A stretch of DNA of 63,819 bases, filler included, from Circinaria calcarea (lineage: Eukaryota): the NCBI GenBank assembly GCA_051942165.1. It is 5 parts of 5 records of this genome, joined end to end, with 100 filler letters (N's around TTAATTAATTAA, not from the genome) between each part and the next. Parts side by side here need not be neighbours in the genome. Positions count along the whole stretch, not along the records: positions 1 to 12,696 come from JAVECS010000549.1; 4 more parts are not named here. One strand, written 5' to 3'. A program made the translations under genes and the position numbers. The notes beneath the pieces were generated by a model that was given only the letters and a program-made list of their open reading frames with translations, had not been told where the DNA came from and searched no databases. Below are positions 1-12,696 of this stretch, piece after piece. Numbering within the stretch: position 1 is the first letter of the stretch; every line of letters starts with the position of its first letter.

Positions 1-1279
1 GACCTTAGTGACAGCAAATATCCCGTTCTACTCGAGAAGGCGAAAGAGTTGGGAGAGTTGCTATACTCGGCTTTCGATACTCCAAATCGAATGCCCGTTA
101 CGCGCTGGCATTGGAAGGAGGCGGCCGCCAGGAAGCAAGAAGGCGGTGAAAACACTCTGATTGCTGAGATTGGGTCTCTCACGTTAGAGTTTACACGGCT
201 CTCCCAATTAACTGGAGATTCCAAATACTATGATGCTATTCAACGGATTACTAACGTGTTCGAAGACTCCCAGAGCAGGACCTTACTCCCAGGGCTATGG
301 CCAGTACTGATGAATGCTAGATCCATGACTTTTCATGACAGCTTCTTCACCCTGGGTGGCATGGCGGATTCGTTGTATGAATATTTTCCAAAACAGCATA
401 TGCTACTCGGCGGATTGACGCAGCAATACAAAGAGATGTACGAAAGGGCGGTACCCGCCATGAAGGAATTCCTGATCTTCAGGCCCATGCTTCCTAATGA
501 TCCCAACATCCTCATTTCAGGCAACGCCCGGTACGACGAGTCCTCACATAAAACGCGTCGCGACCCACAAGGCCAGCACCTGGCTTGCTTTACCGGCGGT
601 ATGATGGGCATCGGCGCGAAGCTCTTTGATCGGCCAGACGAGCTCGATTTAGCCCGGAAACTAGCTGATGGGTGTATCTGGGCTTATAACAGTATGGTTA
701 CGGGGATTATGCCCGAGACGTTTCACATGGTTCCCTGTGATGATGCTGCGAATTGTTCTTGGGATGAGAAGAAATGGCATAAAGCTATTGAGATGCGACA
801 CGAAAATACCGAGGTGACCAAATCCATCAGCACTGCAGAACTTATACAGCACACAATCCAGGCAAAAAGGTTGCCTCCCGGATACTCAGATATAGGCGAC
901 CCACGGTATATCCTCCGGCCAGAAGCCATCGAGTCTATCTTTATCCTTTACCGACTGACCGGGGATCAAGCTCTGCAAGACGCTGCATGGAAGATGTTCC
1001 AGGCCATTGAGAAGAATACACGGACTGATCTGGCAAACGCAGCAATCCAGGATGTAACAATGGACAAGCCGGAAAAAGAAAATCGAATGGAAAGCTTCTG
1101 GCTAGCGGAGACACTGAAGTACTTTTACCTTATTTTTAGCACCCCGGATGTCGTCAGCTTAGATGATTATGTGCTGTGAGCAATCCGCTTCTAATTGTGA
1201 GAAATCTTGGTAAAGAGGAGAAAGCTGATGAAAATTGACCAGGAATACCGAAGCGCACCCTTTCAAGCGCCCAAAATGA
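1..1279 (+). CDS. Class I alpha-1,2-mannosidase (GH47), 5'-truncated
   Basis: GH47 motifs AEIGSLTLEF, GGMADSLYEY, HLACFTGG, LRPEAIES and MESFWLAETLKYFYLIF. Intron 1176-1242 (gtgag...ccag) restores the conserved VLNTEAHPF C-terminus; stop at 1277-1279. Confidence 0.95.
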
Positions 1280-2250
1280 TCACTGTCACATTCCGGCTTC
1301 AGGGTTACGTAGTACTAAGAAGACGCACATAGACCAACGCTATCAGGCACATGCAACACACAGACTCGACCCACCGTCAAATTTGACGGCTCCAAACCGT
1401 GGAACCGTGGAAGCTGCATCTGAGCTATGAATCGTCCTTGCCCTCCACCCCACCCCGATCTATGGCACGGGAACCGGCTTCTCAACGACCTCACTTACCA
1501 GCATTCAACTTACCCATCAAAACCAATCAAGCGAGTCATCTAACTTCGCAAGCCGGCTTGTTACACCTCACTTAGGCTGACCGTGGTCACTGGAGATCCT
1601 CACCCCCCACACTTTCACGCGGAGTACCCCTCGCAAGATTTAACGGCAAGAAATAGGCGATCAACTGCGGTATGTACAACAAAGTTTTTCGGTGTCGTTG
1701 CTTTAATCCGTCGCCTGTGAAGCCTGATTAAGGTACTCAGGCCCTCTGCACCCTTCGGGGTTCAAGGGCCTGTCATCAGCGCAGCACTGCAGATGCAACT
1801 ATGCAGGAACATGGGCCTGGTGGGGGACAAAGAAGATTCTGCTAGCGGGAAATCGCTTCGCAGGTCCGACTACATCCTTTTATTTTTAGCACTGGGAGTT
1901 GGTAGGGACTACCTTACGGGATCTAAAGTAGGGGTGGCAAAGGGGTGCGTGCATGTACTGTATCTACTCTTAGGAATGTGATATCGGTACGGTCGATTAG
2001 CTTTCCTAAAAGTTATACCTTACCTATGTTCGTTCCTACCTAGCCGGGCGAGAGAATAAATATCATTGGTTACCAGTGTATATAGTCAAAATTGCCAAAA
2101 ACAAACAAACAAACAAACAAAATCATTGGATACCAAACATACTCTCTCTCCCCTTGGGAAAAGAAAAAATAAAACACACGGATGCCCGAAATTCAATATC
2201 CAAAACCCCAATCCCCTTATCCTACCCAAAAAAAACCAAAAAAAAAACTT

Positions 2251-5022
2251 TCACAAGACCCTCACATAATTACCGGGAAACAGCTTAATGGCACCGGCAT
2301 AGCAGCCCCAGAACCAATCGCCGTTGATATCTTCGACCTCGCGGATCTCGGCGCCCTTGGGGAAGGCCAGCTCGTCGGTGACGCCTTCCTGCGGCCAGTA
2401 GCTGTAGACGGCGAGCACGCGCATGCCGACGCCACCGTCAGGGGGGTACCGCTGGAGAAGGGGGAGGGGGACAGGGACGGAGAGGGGAGTATTGCCGCCT
2501 TCGTGGTTGTTTCCGTTTCCGTTTCCGTTCCCGTTCCCGTTCCCGATTCCTGCGGCTGCGGTTCCCGAAGCGGAGACACGTTTGGACACGAGCCGGGTCT
2601 GGCGCGATGAACCGTCGGGCCAGCTCCACATGCCGTTGGTCGTCCCGGCGACGGACGCCTCGCCAATCTCATCTTTTAGCGCGTGGCCGCCGACGAGGTC
2701 CCGGACGATGACACGGCGCTGCCCCACGGCCGAGTCTTCGAAGCCGACGAGGACCATGCGGTGGCCGTTCAGGCAGCGGCGCCAGCCCTTGTCGCCGTTC
2801 TCGCGGCTGATCATGCCCGTGGCGAGGAGTTTGGAGTAGCAGGTCGTGCAGATGTCGTAGTCGCCGGCGGTGCACTCGTAGCAGTGGAAGCGCGTCTGGC
2901 TCGGCTGGACGGGGTACTTGCAGATGTCGCAGTTGGTGCTGAAGGTGAGGGGACGGTACTGGGATGAGCCGGTAAGGAGGAGGTCCGAGGATTGATGGAA
3001 GCCCTGCAGCAGGCGGGGGGATGTGATTGGTGCGAATATGGAGGCTTCGACGTGCTGCTTGGTGCGTGCTCGGGCATCCTGGGATTTTTGCAAGGCAGAG
3101 GTGTGGGCGACGGGGAGTAAGGGGTGCGTGCAACATTTGCCCTTGTTGACGCAGCCGTTGCAGTAGCCCCATTCGCCTTCGTTGCAGTAATCGCATTTCC
3201 AGAAACAGTCATTGGCGAAGGTGGAGCAGATGGAGCAAAAGGCACCGGATTGAAGACGTGTTGCGGGGTTTTCTGTAGTTAGGCGTATTTTGTTCTCGCC
3301 CGGTGGTATTGAAATACTCTCAGGCTTTGGCCGTTGATACAAACGTCCGATCAGAGTATGTGGTAGCTCTTGGCTCGCCGATCCTTCCCGTTGGAAGCGT
3401 TGCCAAGCTGCGTGGCCGAAGCCAAACCAGTGGAGACAACCAAGTCCTTTTAGATAACAACGATGACAAAGGTTGAAGTTACCCTCAAGGCAAGCCGAGC
3501 AGTTTTCATGTAACTCGTATTCGAGATTCCGCCGGCCACATCGCTCGCAGCTGATGGATGGTTCGGGGAAGAGCTCGGGCTGAGGTTCTGGAATGACTAG
3601 TGGTTGAGGAGGTAGCCTGGCCGTTTCCGTTATTGGAGCACCCGGTGGATTAGTATGCCTCGGTCTTGCATCCGCGGACACGCTGTTTATAACCTCAGCT
3701 GGGGGCATGCTATTCTGAAGTGGCGGCATGTTCTGCAGCACCATTGGCGGTGGCCCATGTGTCCTTGGGGATGCTCGGGCATGATTCTCTTCGTTTCTAC
3801 GCCCACCGTCGCTCAAACGACGAGGTCGCGAATCACTTGCTCTTCTAGCATAACTTGATAAATCACTTGGCCTCCTTTGTCGATGATGGGAGCTTCGCGG
3901 CCGCTCAGATACATCAGTGGCCGACCGAGTTGCTTGCTGCTGTACTTGTGATGATGGTGACATCGGAGATGTCCGTCTTCTGCTTTCACTCGAAGTCCGG
4001 TGTCGGTGACCCGGCCTTATTGGATAAGCTTCAAGTAAATGTGGTCTTGATACAGGCGGATGCGAGGACTGCGTAGTACGATCTGCTCCACTGGATGACC
4101 TTGTGTGGTGGCGCCTGGTTGAACGCTCCTCTGCTGGTGGCGACATTCTAGGACCCCGTGAATCTTCATTGCGAGTATCTTGCGATCTTGACCTTTGACG
4201 ATGTCGCCTCCGGTAGGCATCTGCAATGCGCTCACTTAATGCATCCTCTTGTGATACGTCGATGTTGTTTAGATCTATGCCTTCTAATAGACCCTCGTCC
4301 ACAATTTGCCTCAAGATCTCTTCCTCCATTTCAGACGAATCAACATCGGAGGTGCTCAATAGAGACCGTAAGCTCGATTGATGTTCAATATGTCTTGCCT
4401 GCGATCTCGAGTCCATACTGCCGGCCGGATCCATCCCTCGGCTGCTCGTCGAAATGCGGCCCCCGCCCCTTTCTGATCGATCTTCTTCACGCCTGCGTCG
4501 TAGCCTCCCTTCTTCATCTCTCGGTTCACGACTCCTGTTCCTATGCCTGATTCCCCGCTCGTAAGACCGCAGGCCCCGCCCCGCTCCGACTTCCCGCAGA
4601 CTCATCTCCCTAATCTCCTCTACCATTCTCCTATCCGCCTCATCATCCGCAGTGTCCTCTCTCCTGTGTACCCTGGGTGTGACGATGTCCCCCGGTTTAT
4701 ACTTCAACCGCATTTCCTCCTTTTCCGCCTCGGTTTTGGCGCTGGCAGGGTTGGCTTGAACGAACATGTCGAGGAGGGTTGTAACCTTGGCGTCGGGCCG
4801 TGTTTCTCTCACTGAGGCGCGACATGATGGGCAAGTGTATGGGTTAGACCTGCTCGAGGAAGCTTGCGAGGCTTGGGATGCGAACCACTCTTTAAGGCAA
4901 GACCCGCAAAAGGTGTGGAGACAGTCGAGGAGCGTGAGGGGTTGATAGAGTACTTCGGTGCAAATGGAACATGTCAATTCTTTTTCAAGGTCAAGCAAGC
5001 CAGCCTTTGGGGCTCCTGCCAT
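2251..5022 (-). CDS. RING finger / ZZ-type zinc finger / SH3 domain protein (probable E3 ubiquitin ligase)
   Basis: 923-aa ORF. N-terminal C3HC4 RING (CSICTEVL..CLHTFCGSC..CPSC), Cys-rich ZZ-like motifs (CDIC..RFHCYEC..YDICTTCY) and a C-terminal SH3 (DELAFPKGAEI..DWFWG..LFPGNYV). Confidence 0.9.
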   Translation of the reverse strand: MAGAPKAGLLDLEKELTCSICTEVLYQPLTLLDCLHTFCGSCLKEWFASQASQASSSRSNPYTCPSCRASVRETRPDAKVTTLLDMFVQANPASAKTEAEKEEMRLKYKPGDIVTPRVHRREDTADDEADRRMVEEIREMSLREVGAGRGLRSYERGIRHRNRSREPRDEEGRLRRRREEDRSERGGGRISTSSRGMDPAGSMDSRSQARHIEHQSSLRSLLSTSDVDSSEMEEEILRQIVDEGLLEGIDLNNIDVSQEDALSERIADAYRRRHRQRSRSQDTRNEDSRGPRMSPPAEERSTRRHHTRSSSGADRTTQSSHPPVSRPHLLEAYPIRPGHRHRTSSESRRRTSPMSPSSQVQQQATRSATDVSERPRSSHHRQRRPSDLSSYARRASDSRPRRLSDGGRRNEENHARASPRTHGPPPMVLQNMPPLQNSMPPAEVINSVSADARPRHTNPPGAPITETARLPPQPLVIPEPQPELFPEPSISCERCGRRNLEYELHENCSACLEGNFNLCHRCYLKGLGCLHWFGFGHAAWQRFQREGSASQELPHTLIGRLYQRPKPESISIPPGENKIRLTTENPATRLQSGAFCSICSTFANDCFWKCDYCNEGEWGYCNGCVNKGKCCTHPLLPVAHTSALQKSQDARARTKQHVEASIFAPITSPRLLQGFHQSSDLLLTGSSQYRPLTFSTNCDICKYPVQPSQTRFHCYECTAGDYDICTTCYSKLLATGMISRENGDKGWRRCLNGHRMVLVGFEDSAVGQRRVIVRDLVGGHALKDEIGEASVAGTTNGMWSWPDGSSRQTRLVSKRVSASGTAAAGIGNGNGNGNGNGNNHEGGNTPLSVPVPLPLLQRYPPDGGVGMRVLAVYSYWPQEGVTDELAFPKGAEIREVEDINGDWFWGCYAGAIKLFPGNYVRVL
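2511..2550. repeat. Hexanucleotide repeat encoding a (GN)n tract in the RING/SH3 protein
   Basis: Tandem ttccgt/tcccgt units; the minus strand reads GIGNGNGNGNGNGNN. Confidence 0.8.
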
Positions 5023-5450
5023 TTGCTGTAGATCACGATTAGGTCCCGGTGTCGAGCTTGCAAGCCTGACTACATCTCGTCCTTCGGTGGGGAATGTTCG
5101 AGGAATTATATATTTAGCATGGATCCGTCAGCGAAAGGTCGCTAATCCCAATGTAAGCAACGAAGGCGAGGATAGGCACAATGCATTTGACGAATGCAAC
5201 GGCGTCCAAGCGCAAGCACTGGGAACGTGGATCACTACATGAATTCGATGTGTGTATGAGTTGTACTTCTAGGTTGTGGCTCGTCGCTAAAGAGCCCATC
5301 TCCTTATTTGCACGTTTGGTCATTGAATAGTCTATGGTGTTACATCCTTTCTCGTAGAGGCCCATACAACCAGGTGCAAATGCATCAGAACCAGCCATCA
5401 GATATCCTGCTTTTACCCCCCTCAGAGGATTAACCAGCATACACACGTCC

Positions 5451-8116
5451 CTATGTACCCGTGCCTTTGCCGTCGAAAGCAGGGGTATTGTATACCCCAT
5501 CTGGATCTGCGGATGATCAACTTCAACATGGAGATCAGGTCCAATATAGACATACCTCTATTGTTCTCCATGATGTAGTCGTGAGTCTTGGTAATCCGAT
5601 GCCGAATATCACTCAGCATTTCATGCATGTCCAATCTAACATTTTCGTTCCGTACGGCAGCACCTTTAATCGCCGCTTCTGCCACATGGTACCTGCTGAC
5701 CCTATTCCGAAGCATCATATCAAGTGGTGTGGTGGTCGAACCCTCTTCGGCATATGATTCAATACTAATCCGCTGAAGATTCGGACGTCCAAATATCAAG
5801 CCTTTAAGCTCATTGGCATATCCATGATAGTTGAAGTGAATGGGCCTATCCGCAGTAAAGAGGGCGTCAAAGTCATTGTGAGTGAGGGAATGCGGGTGGG
5901 ATCCTTCGAGCCCCAAGACCATAAGATCAGTTACATTCACTACTCGGACGCGTAACGAAGGAGCCATCTCGCGAAGTATTGCTGCAGCTGCAATCACCTC
6001 AAAGGTTATCTCTGCGCCAATACCGACGATTACGACGTCTGGATCCAGGCCATCATCCGTGCTCGCGAATTTCCATACTGAGGCACCTGCACGGCAATGT
6101 GAGTCTGCCTCTTTTGGAGACAAGAATACCGGCTGTGGTTGTTTAGAGCCCACCATGAGATTAACGTAATTTTTGGACCGAAGGCAATGCGCAAGAGTGG
6201 AGAGAAATGTGTTTGCATCCGGGGGTAGATAGACCCGCGCTGCTGCCGGCTTCAGGTTGAGGACTGCACCAATGAAAGAGGGGTTCTGATGAGAGAAGCC
6301 ATTGTGCTCTTGTCTAGTCCACGTGCTGGTCTCGATGTAGTTGATACTGCTGATATCTTTGCGCCAAGTGGTCTCTCGAGCCATTTTATTGAACTTGCTG
6401 TACTGGACCATCATAGTATGCACTATGCTGAGGAAGCTCTCATACGAGGGGAAGAGGCCCGTCCGTCCAGTCAGGGTGTAACCTTGAAGAAAGCCCTGAC
6501 CGCGTCAAACGAAGGCTCTCAGTCAACATGGGTAAAGCTAACCTGCATATTATGCTCGCTAGGGAGTCGTGCGTTAGTAACAGACGTCCTATGAGAATCC
6601 GCTGCATCCCCCCTACTGGCCAACTTACCTTAACATTTCAACGACTCGACCTCCTCGAGCATTGGAAAACTCATCCCACTGAAAATTTCTTCCTGTATGG
6701 CGGAATACTGCATCAAGTTTGTTACTGACGAGTTCATCGGGTGAGAATATCCGAAAGCTATGAGGGTTGTCTACCAGGACCTGGTCCAGTAGCTCCGCAC
6801 AACGTTGCATGCAGCTGGCCTGGTCGCCTTTTTGAACGCCAAAATCCTGCCAGTTGGGAATCTTCAGGTCCTCATGGTACCCATAGGTGATAAGCTGTTG
6901 TCCAATCTTCTTGCTATCGGCCTTTGGAATGATACTATCAATAGCTTCCGTGATGTCTCCATCATCGGTGAATAAATCCTCCGGCTTATAGCTTTTTAGC
7001 CATTTTTGAAGGTCTTTCAGTTGACCCTCATCTGATCTAGCGGCCATCAAGGGTACTTGGTGCGCACGGAAGGAGCCTTCTATGAACTCTCCGTGTACCT
7101 TCTTAGGACCACCCCAACCTTTCGGTGTCCGCATAATCAATACAGGCCAACGAGGCTTCATGATAGGCTTTCCCGATCGAGCGGCGTTCTGGATATGACG
7201 AATCTCAGCTAAAGCCCAATCTATTGATCGCCCCATATCGGTGTCGATATCTTCCAGGTCTTGGACGAATCGACACTGATAGCCATAGCCAGTGTATAGG
7301 GCTGTCAGTTCCTTATCATCCATACACCCACTCACAGTCCTCTCACTAATCTTGAAGCCGTTGACGTGGAGTATGGGAATGACAGCACCTGATTCTTTCG
7401 GATCGATGTACTTGTAACCGTGCCAGGCCGTCGCGGTAGGGCCAGTTTCGGCTTCGCCATCACCAACAACGCATGCGACAACCAAATCGGGCTTATCCAT
7501 AACAGCACCGAAGGCCACTGAAAGTGCATAGCCAAGCTCGCCACCTTCATGGATAGCACCAGGGGTTTCAGCATTGATATGGCTAGGAAATCCATTCGGT
7601 GTACTAAACCTGGTAATCAAGTTATACAGTCCTTGTCGATTTCTGGAATATTGAGGGTAGAACTTCCCCAAAGAGCCTTCAATCCACAGGGACGCTAGTA
7701 TCGCCGGTGCACCATGACCTGGCCAATGACTGTCAGTAATGGTATAACCGCTGAGTTATTATAGATTCTGGCCCTATACCTGGACCGACAACGTAGACAA
7801 CGTCGATGTCGTGCTTCCGGACAAGACGGTTAAGATGCGAGTAGACTAGAGTCAGGCCGGGACAAGTTCCCCAATGCCCCAACAGACGAGGTTTGATATC
7901 ATTAAAAGTCAAGTCTCTCTCAAGGAAAATGTTATCATGCAAGAATATCATAGCGGCAGCAATGTAGTCTGCAGCGCGCCTGAAGTGCTGCAAGCCATTG
8001 CAGGATGCTTCATCGAGTTTGGTCTTCTCCAACTTGACAGCCAAGGAAAGGATATCGTCAGGTATGTGAGAGGGCAGTGGCTGAGGGTTCGGACGATCAA
8101 TCACCTCTCCAGGCAT
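5451..8116 (-). CDS. xfp: Xylulose-5-phosphate/fructose-6-phosphate phosphoketolase (XFP/XPK)
   Basis: Motifs KPRLLGHWGTCPG, GPGHGAPA, HEGGELGY, ThDP-binding GDGEAETG, EHNGFSHQNP and EEGSTTTP. Exons 8116-7780, 7718-6629, 6558-6543, 6495-5556 and 5506-5451, all joined by in-frame GT-AG introns. Confidence 0.97.
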
Positions 8117-8852
8117 ATCGAATGTTGACCTGGGTCTTGACCCAAGGTACCGTTGTTGAGAAAATTACTTACTGGGGAGAAAAGCAGTAGGTTGATAGCA
8201 ACTGAACGCCATTAAACCGCAGAGTGAAGAGTAACTTAATGTGGAGGAGCAATGTCAATACATAACTATGACGGAGTGTGGAGGGAGCTTCCGATAAGGT
8301 TATACTAGCTCCCGTCAGGCCGGTTGATTGGCGTTCGGTACCCTAAATTTAGCGGCATTGGCCCGGGTATCAGTAACTGGATGACTACCGTACTGTACTA
8401 ACGGTGGGTAGATTTGGCACCTGTTATTACTATGTAGAGTCAAAGGAAGCGGAAACCTATAGAAACTGTTAGTAAACCCCGATCTTGGGCCATTTGCAAG
8501 ATAGCCCCATTCAATCCCATTACCTAAGCCCGTCAAGCAAGGGCAGCGAGCGAGCTGATTTGTCGAAATAAAATTGCTGCGGACCACTTGTCTTTGCACG
8601 TGATGTCATTGACAGGTAAAACACTTGGTATTTAATGGTAGGGAAGCTGTTGTGACTTGATCGCTCTCCTGTTTACCACCAAGAATCCTCAAAGCCCTCA
8701 ACGAGGAGAACTGAGCATCTGCCCTTTGCAAAGGTAGTGCCCATCTGCAGTACCTGATCAGATCCGTTAGCAACTATCCTAGAAGCCGTTGAGATAGGAT
8801 TTCCCTGAACTTTATCAAACCACAAGCTCTCAAGCTTGCATCCACCGGCCTA

Positions 8853-10246
8853 ATGGCAAAGATCATTCTGGCGATTAATGCCGGCTCAAGCAGTGTCAAG
8901 ATCTCGGTCTATAAAGTTGACAAAGAACAGCAAGCTCCCATGCAGATAGCCGACGCTCAATTTTCTGGCCTTACCGCGCCCCCTGTGAAGCTCGACTATA
9001 CACGTGGAGCTGAGAAGATCAAAGGCCACGAGGTGGACATCGACTCGCAGGAGGAAGCTTTTCAATACATCTTGAATCATCTAGTCCATGACCATGGCCT
9101 GTCGGACTTGTCTAGCAAAGACAGTATCACCCATACCTGCCATCGTGTGGTGCATGGAGGCGATTACTCGGCAGCCCACATCATTGATTCCAACACCTAT
9201 CATCATCTGAAGGACCTTACCGACTTGGCTCCCCTCCACAACGCAAGTGCACTGGCAATCGTCAAGACTTGCACGAAGCTCTTACCCGACGCCAAGAACA
9301 TTGCCTTTTTCGATTCGTCCTTCCACGCAACGATACCTGCGGCTATCAGGACTTATCCTATCAACCAGGCGATAGCAATGCAGAACAAACTGCGGAAGTA
9401 CGGTTTCCATGGTATCTCTTATGCCTTCATTGCGCGATCTGTGGCCGAATATCTTGGCAAGCCCCAAGATCAAACCAGCGTTATAGCATTGCATCTGGGT
9501 AGCGGAGCATCTGCGTGCGCCATCAAGAATGGGAAGTCTTTAGATAATAGCATGGGCCTTACCCCCTTGGCCGGATTACCCGGAGCAACTCGGAGCGGAA
9601 GTCTCGATCCAAGGTTGGCAAACACTCTCAGCAAGCAATAACTAGTGCTAATTCGGACTCTATGCAGTTTGATTTTTCACTTCACCCACGATGCAGGCAT
9701 GCCTAGCCGTAGTAGCACCACGGAAATGCATATAAGCACAGTATGGCAGTGGATACCCTGCGTAGACATGGCTAACACAGTCCCAGGCCGAGGAGATCCT
9801 GAACGAACAATCCGGATGGTATGCTCTGACCGGAACGACTGACTTCGGAGAAATATCGAGTTCGAACTCGCCAGAGTGCAAGCTGGCCTTTGATATTTTC
9901 GTCGACAGGATCATCGAGTTCGTTGGAAGCTACTTCGTGAAGCTGGAAGGGCGTGTCGATGCCTTGGTTTTTGCGGGTGGTATAGGGGAGAAAGGCGTTT
10001 CTCTGAGGTCAGCTGTAGTCGAGAAATGCCGATGCCTAGGCTTCGAGCTTGACGCCGAGAAGAACAAGAAATCGCTTGAGGGAGTTGTACAGGAAATAGG
10101 CAGAAACGGCGCCAAATATCGAACGCTTGTCTGCCGAACTGATGAACAGGTAAGGCATTGATTGTCCCTCATAAACGGACAGGCTGACATGTACGTAGTT
10201 TGAAATGGCACGTGGGTGCACTGCAAACCCCGAACTCTTCAATTAG
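8853..10246 (+). CDS. ackA: Acetate kinase
   Basis: Motifs ILAINAGSSSVK, HRVVHGG, LAPLHN, RKYGFHGISY, HLGSGAS, MGLTPLAG..TRSG, LVFAGGIGE and TDEQFEMAR. Introns 9614-9667, 9741-9786 and 10150-10198. Confidence 0.97.
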
Positions 10247-12696
10247 AGGTATCTGCTGCAGGCTCTTTCCATGAGCGAGTCGAGAGTGCCAAATCAAAGG
10301 AAGTTCTAAGATAGTTTCAAGTGAAAAACTTGCTAAGCTCAAAAATCAAATGCTAGAACGTGGTACAGATAAAGTAGAGTGGAAAGCAGTGAATTCCCAG
10401 CGCCAGTAAGGAAAGACATACCCTCGAGTTTACCCGGTTTCCCATTCTCGACCGCTGCAACCCCTCCAGACGTCCCACCGTCAAGCACAATTGATGATCC
10501 CCGTACGCGACTGTTCCAATAATCTTAGGATACCTTAACCGCTTTCTTCAAGGTGGCCATATTACTGTAATTTCGATTAGTTCTAACCGCCTGCATCTGC
10601 CTCCTTTTGCCCCTAGGCTCCCAAAACCCATCTCCAAATGTCCGCCATCTACCTCTTCGCCTCTTAGCGAGCAGGATCTGGAAAGGGATCTTGGAGAAAT
10701 AGGAATCAATGGTGCCGGCACAGGTGTTGCGAATTGTAAGGTTGGAGGTCGAGTTCCTAGCGAAAGCAATGTTGCAGGAAAGTAAGCCAAAGGGCCCACT
10801 TCATCTGTCAGACCTGCTCAGAGATTATAGTAAAATGGTCATGACTCTCAAGATCGGCGCTCGGATGTGTACTTGCTGTTCCAGGACCTGGCTTGAAAGA
10901 GAGTGCCTTGACAAATTCGGCATAAGGTCTTATATCCTAATTGGTAGACCCTCTGTAAATCGGCAGAGCTCTCTTACCTGTTACCACAGGGTACTCTATC
11001 AGTGACTGGCGGCCTATCACTTCCCTCTATTCCATTTATTATTAGATCATTTTGTCGAGTCGACTAGATACGAAAGGTCAATGCAGACTCATAAACTATA
11101 ACAAACCGATGGTGACTTAAGGCGTCACTACTCAAGAAAGCAGAGTTTCAGATATAAATCCACGGGCAATGGCATTTTGATATCCATCTTTCTTCCAAGC
11201 AAAAAGAGACGGCACATGCGAACTGATAGCAAGGCAGATGACCCGTCACAGAAGATCGATACTCTAGAAAACGACAAAGAGACACCATACCCAAAGAAGC
11301 ATCACAAGGCACATCACCACTACGGAGCAGCTACGGTAAAAGTGCATCAGAGAACTTCTGAGTTTGCCAGCCAGTGTTATCAGCGTACAAGCACATGCGG
11401 ATCCACGCGAGACATACAAGAGTATAGGTGGGAACACTGGCAGGGCTTGTACATACGGTACTGGTCTATATAGAAGCATTGGAATGACAAGGTCAACTCT
11501 CAAGTCCTCTTTCTGCATATGCTAAAGGATGAAACAATGCTGCGAGAGATAAGAAACCGGAAACCAACCGCAGGAGATTCTTATAGACTCAGCCACGTGC
11601 CCTATCATCCAAGTCTGTGTTGCACTGAGCCTTCCCCAACTACTTCCGGGCCCAGTTGACGCATCTGAAGGGTGTACGAGTATTTGGGTGAGAAACAAAG
11701 CTGATCAGGCTTCCACTTTTGAGGAACCTCCCTCCAAATTTACTGCAAACAACCACCTAGGAGGAAAAGGAGAGCAATATAGCGAGGATAGATTCTAGCA
11801 TCGAGACATGGCTTCTGACGAGGACCTAACCGTAAATAAATGAAAGACATTCTATGGGTGCGAGTGGCCTCTCTATTCTCCCATCACTTTTCTCATTCTT
11901 GTGCGTCGCAAACGTAACACCACTCGCTAAAGAGTTCTCACCTACGGACACCGAAACCCACCAACCCCGCACTCAATACCGCATCAAACCCCCCCTAATA
12001 AAAAAAGTCCCCCTAAGACATTCACCTTTTCCGACACTTTTCAAAGCTCCCATGTTCGCTAGAGGCAAGTGGCACGTCCCCGTCAAATGAAGGAATATGA
12101 CACAGGATACTTGCTCCAGCCCCGGCCTAGCGCGCTTTTATCTACCAAACCACTTCCTTCGCCGTGGCGAGGAAGTACTTAAAGCATCGATCCCGCCCGC
12201 TTTCTTTTTCTGCTGCTTTTCCCTTTCTTCCTGGATCGCCTCTACATAACGTCGGAATCACAGTGAGACAACTAGATTTTTCGTCCCATCAAAATTCGCA
12301 GTTGGTTTATCAGATTCAAAAGTCTTAATCACACGCAAGTTTTATCTCATCTTCGATCAGGATGACTGGACGTAAGTTCTTGTTCGTTTGTTTCGCGTGG
12401 GTCATCGTCATGTTCACAATCCCTTGTCGCGTTGCATGCCCCGTCTCGTTTGTTGGTCGCGGTCGCTTCTGTCCTGGATCCTTCACTTTTGGTGTTGTGC
12501 ACTTTCAGCCCTATCAACCTTGCACCACGAACGAACCCACTACATCTCATCACCCTCACCTCTCTCACAGACTCCACTTCAAACCTACTACTACTTTATC
12601 TTATTGCGCATCACACGCAACCCTCTTCCCTCCTCAAATTTGCTTAACCTTATATCACCCCTCCCTCCTCACTCCTCCCTCCTCACTCCTCCCTCC

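Noticed and set aside
1374..1389. 16-bp palindrome CCGTCAAATTTGACGG
   Set aside because: A single short palindrome in a 3' flank with no supporting context.
2098..2122. (AAAC)n microsatellite
   Set aside because: An ordinary simple repeat.
2182..3245. Many overlapping ORFs over the 3' part of the RING/SH3 gene
   Set aside because: Shadow ORFs caused by high GC content.
12347..12696. Short ORFs running into the first gap
   Set aside because: Pyrimidine-rich, UTR-like sequence with no recognisable protein.
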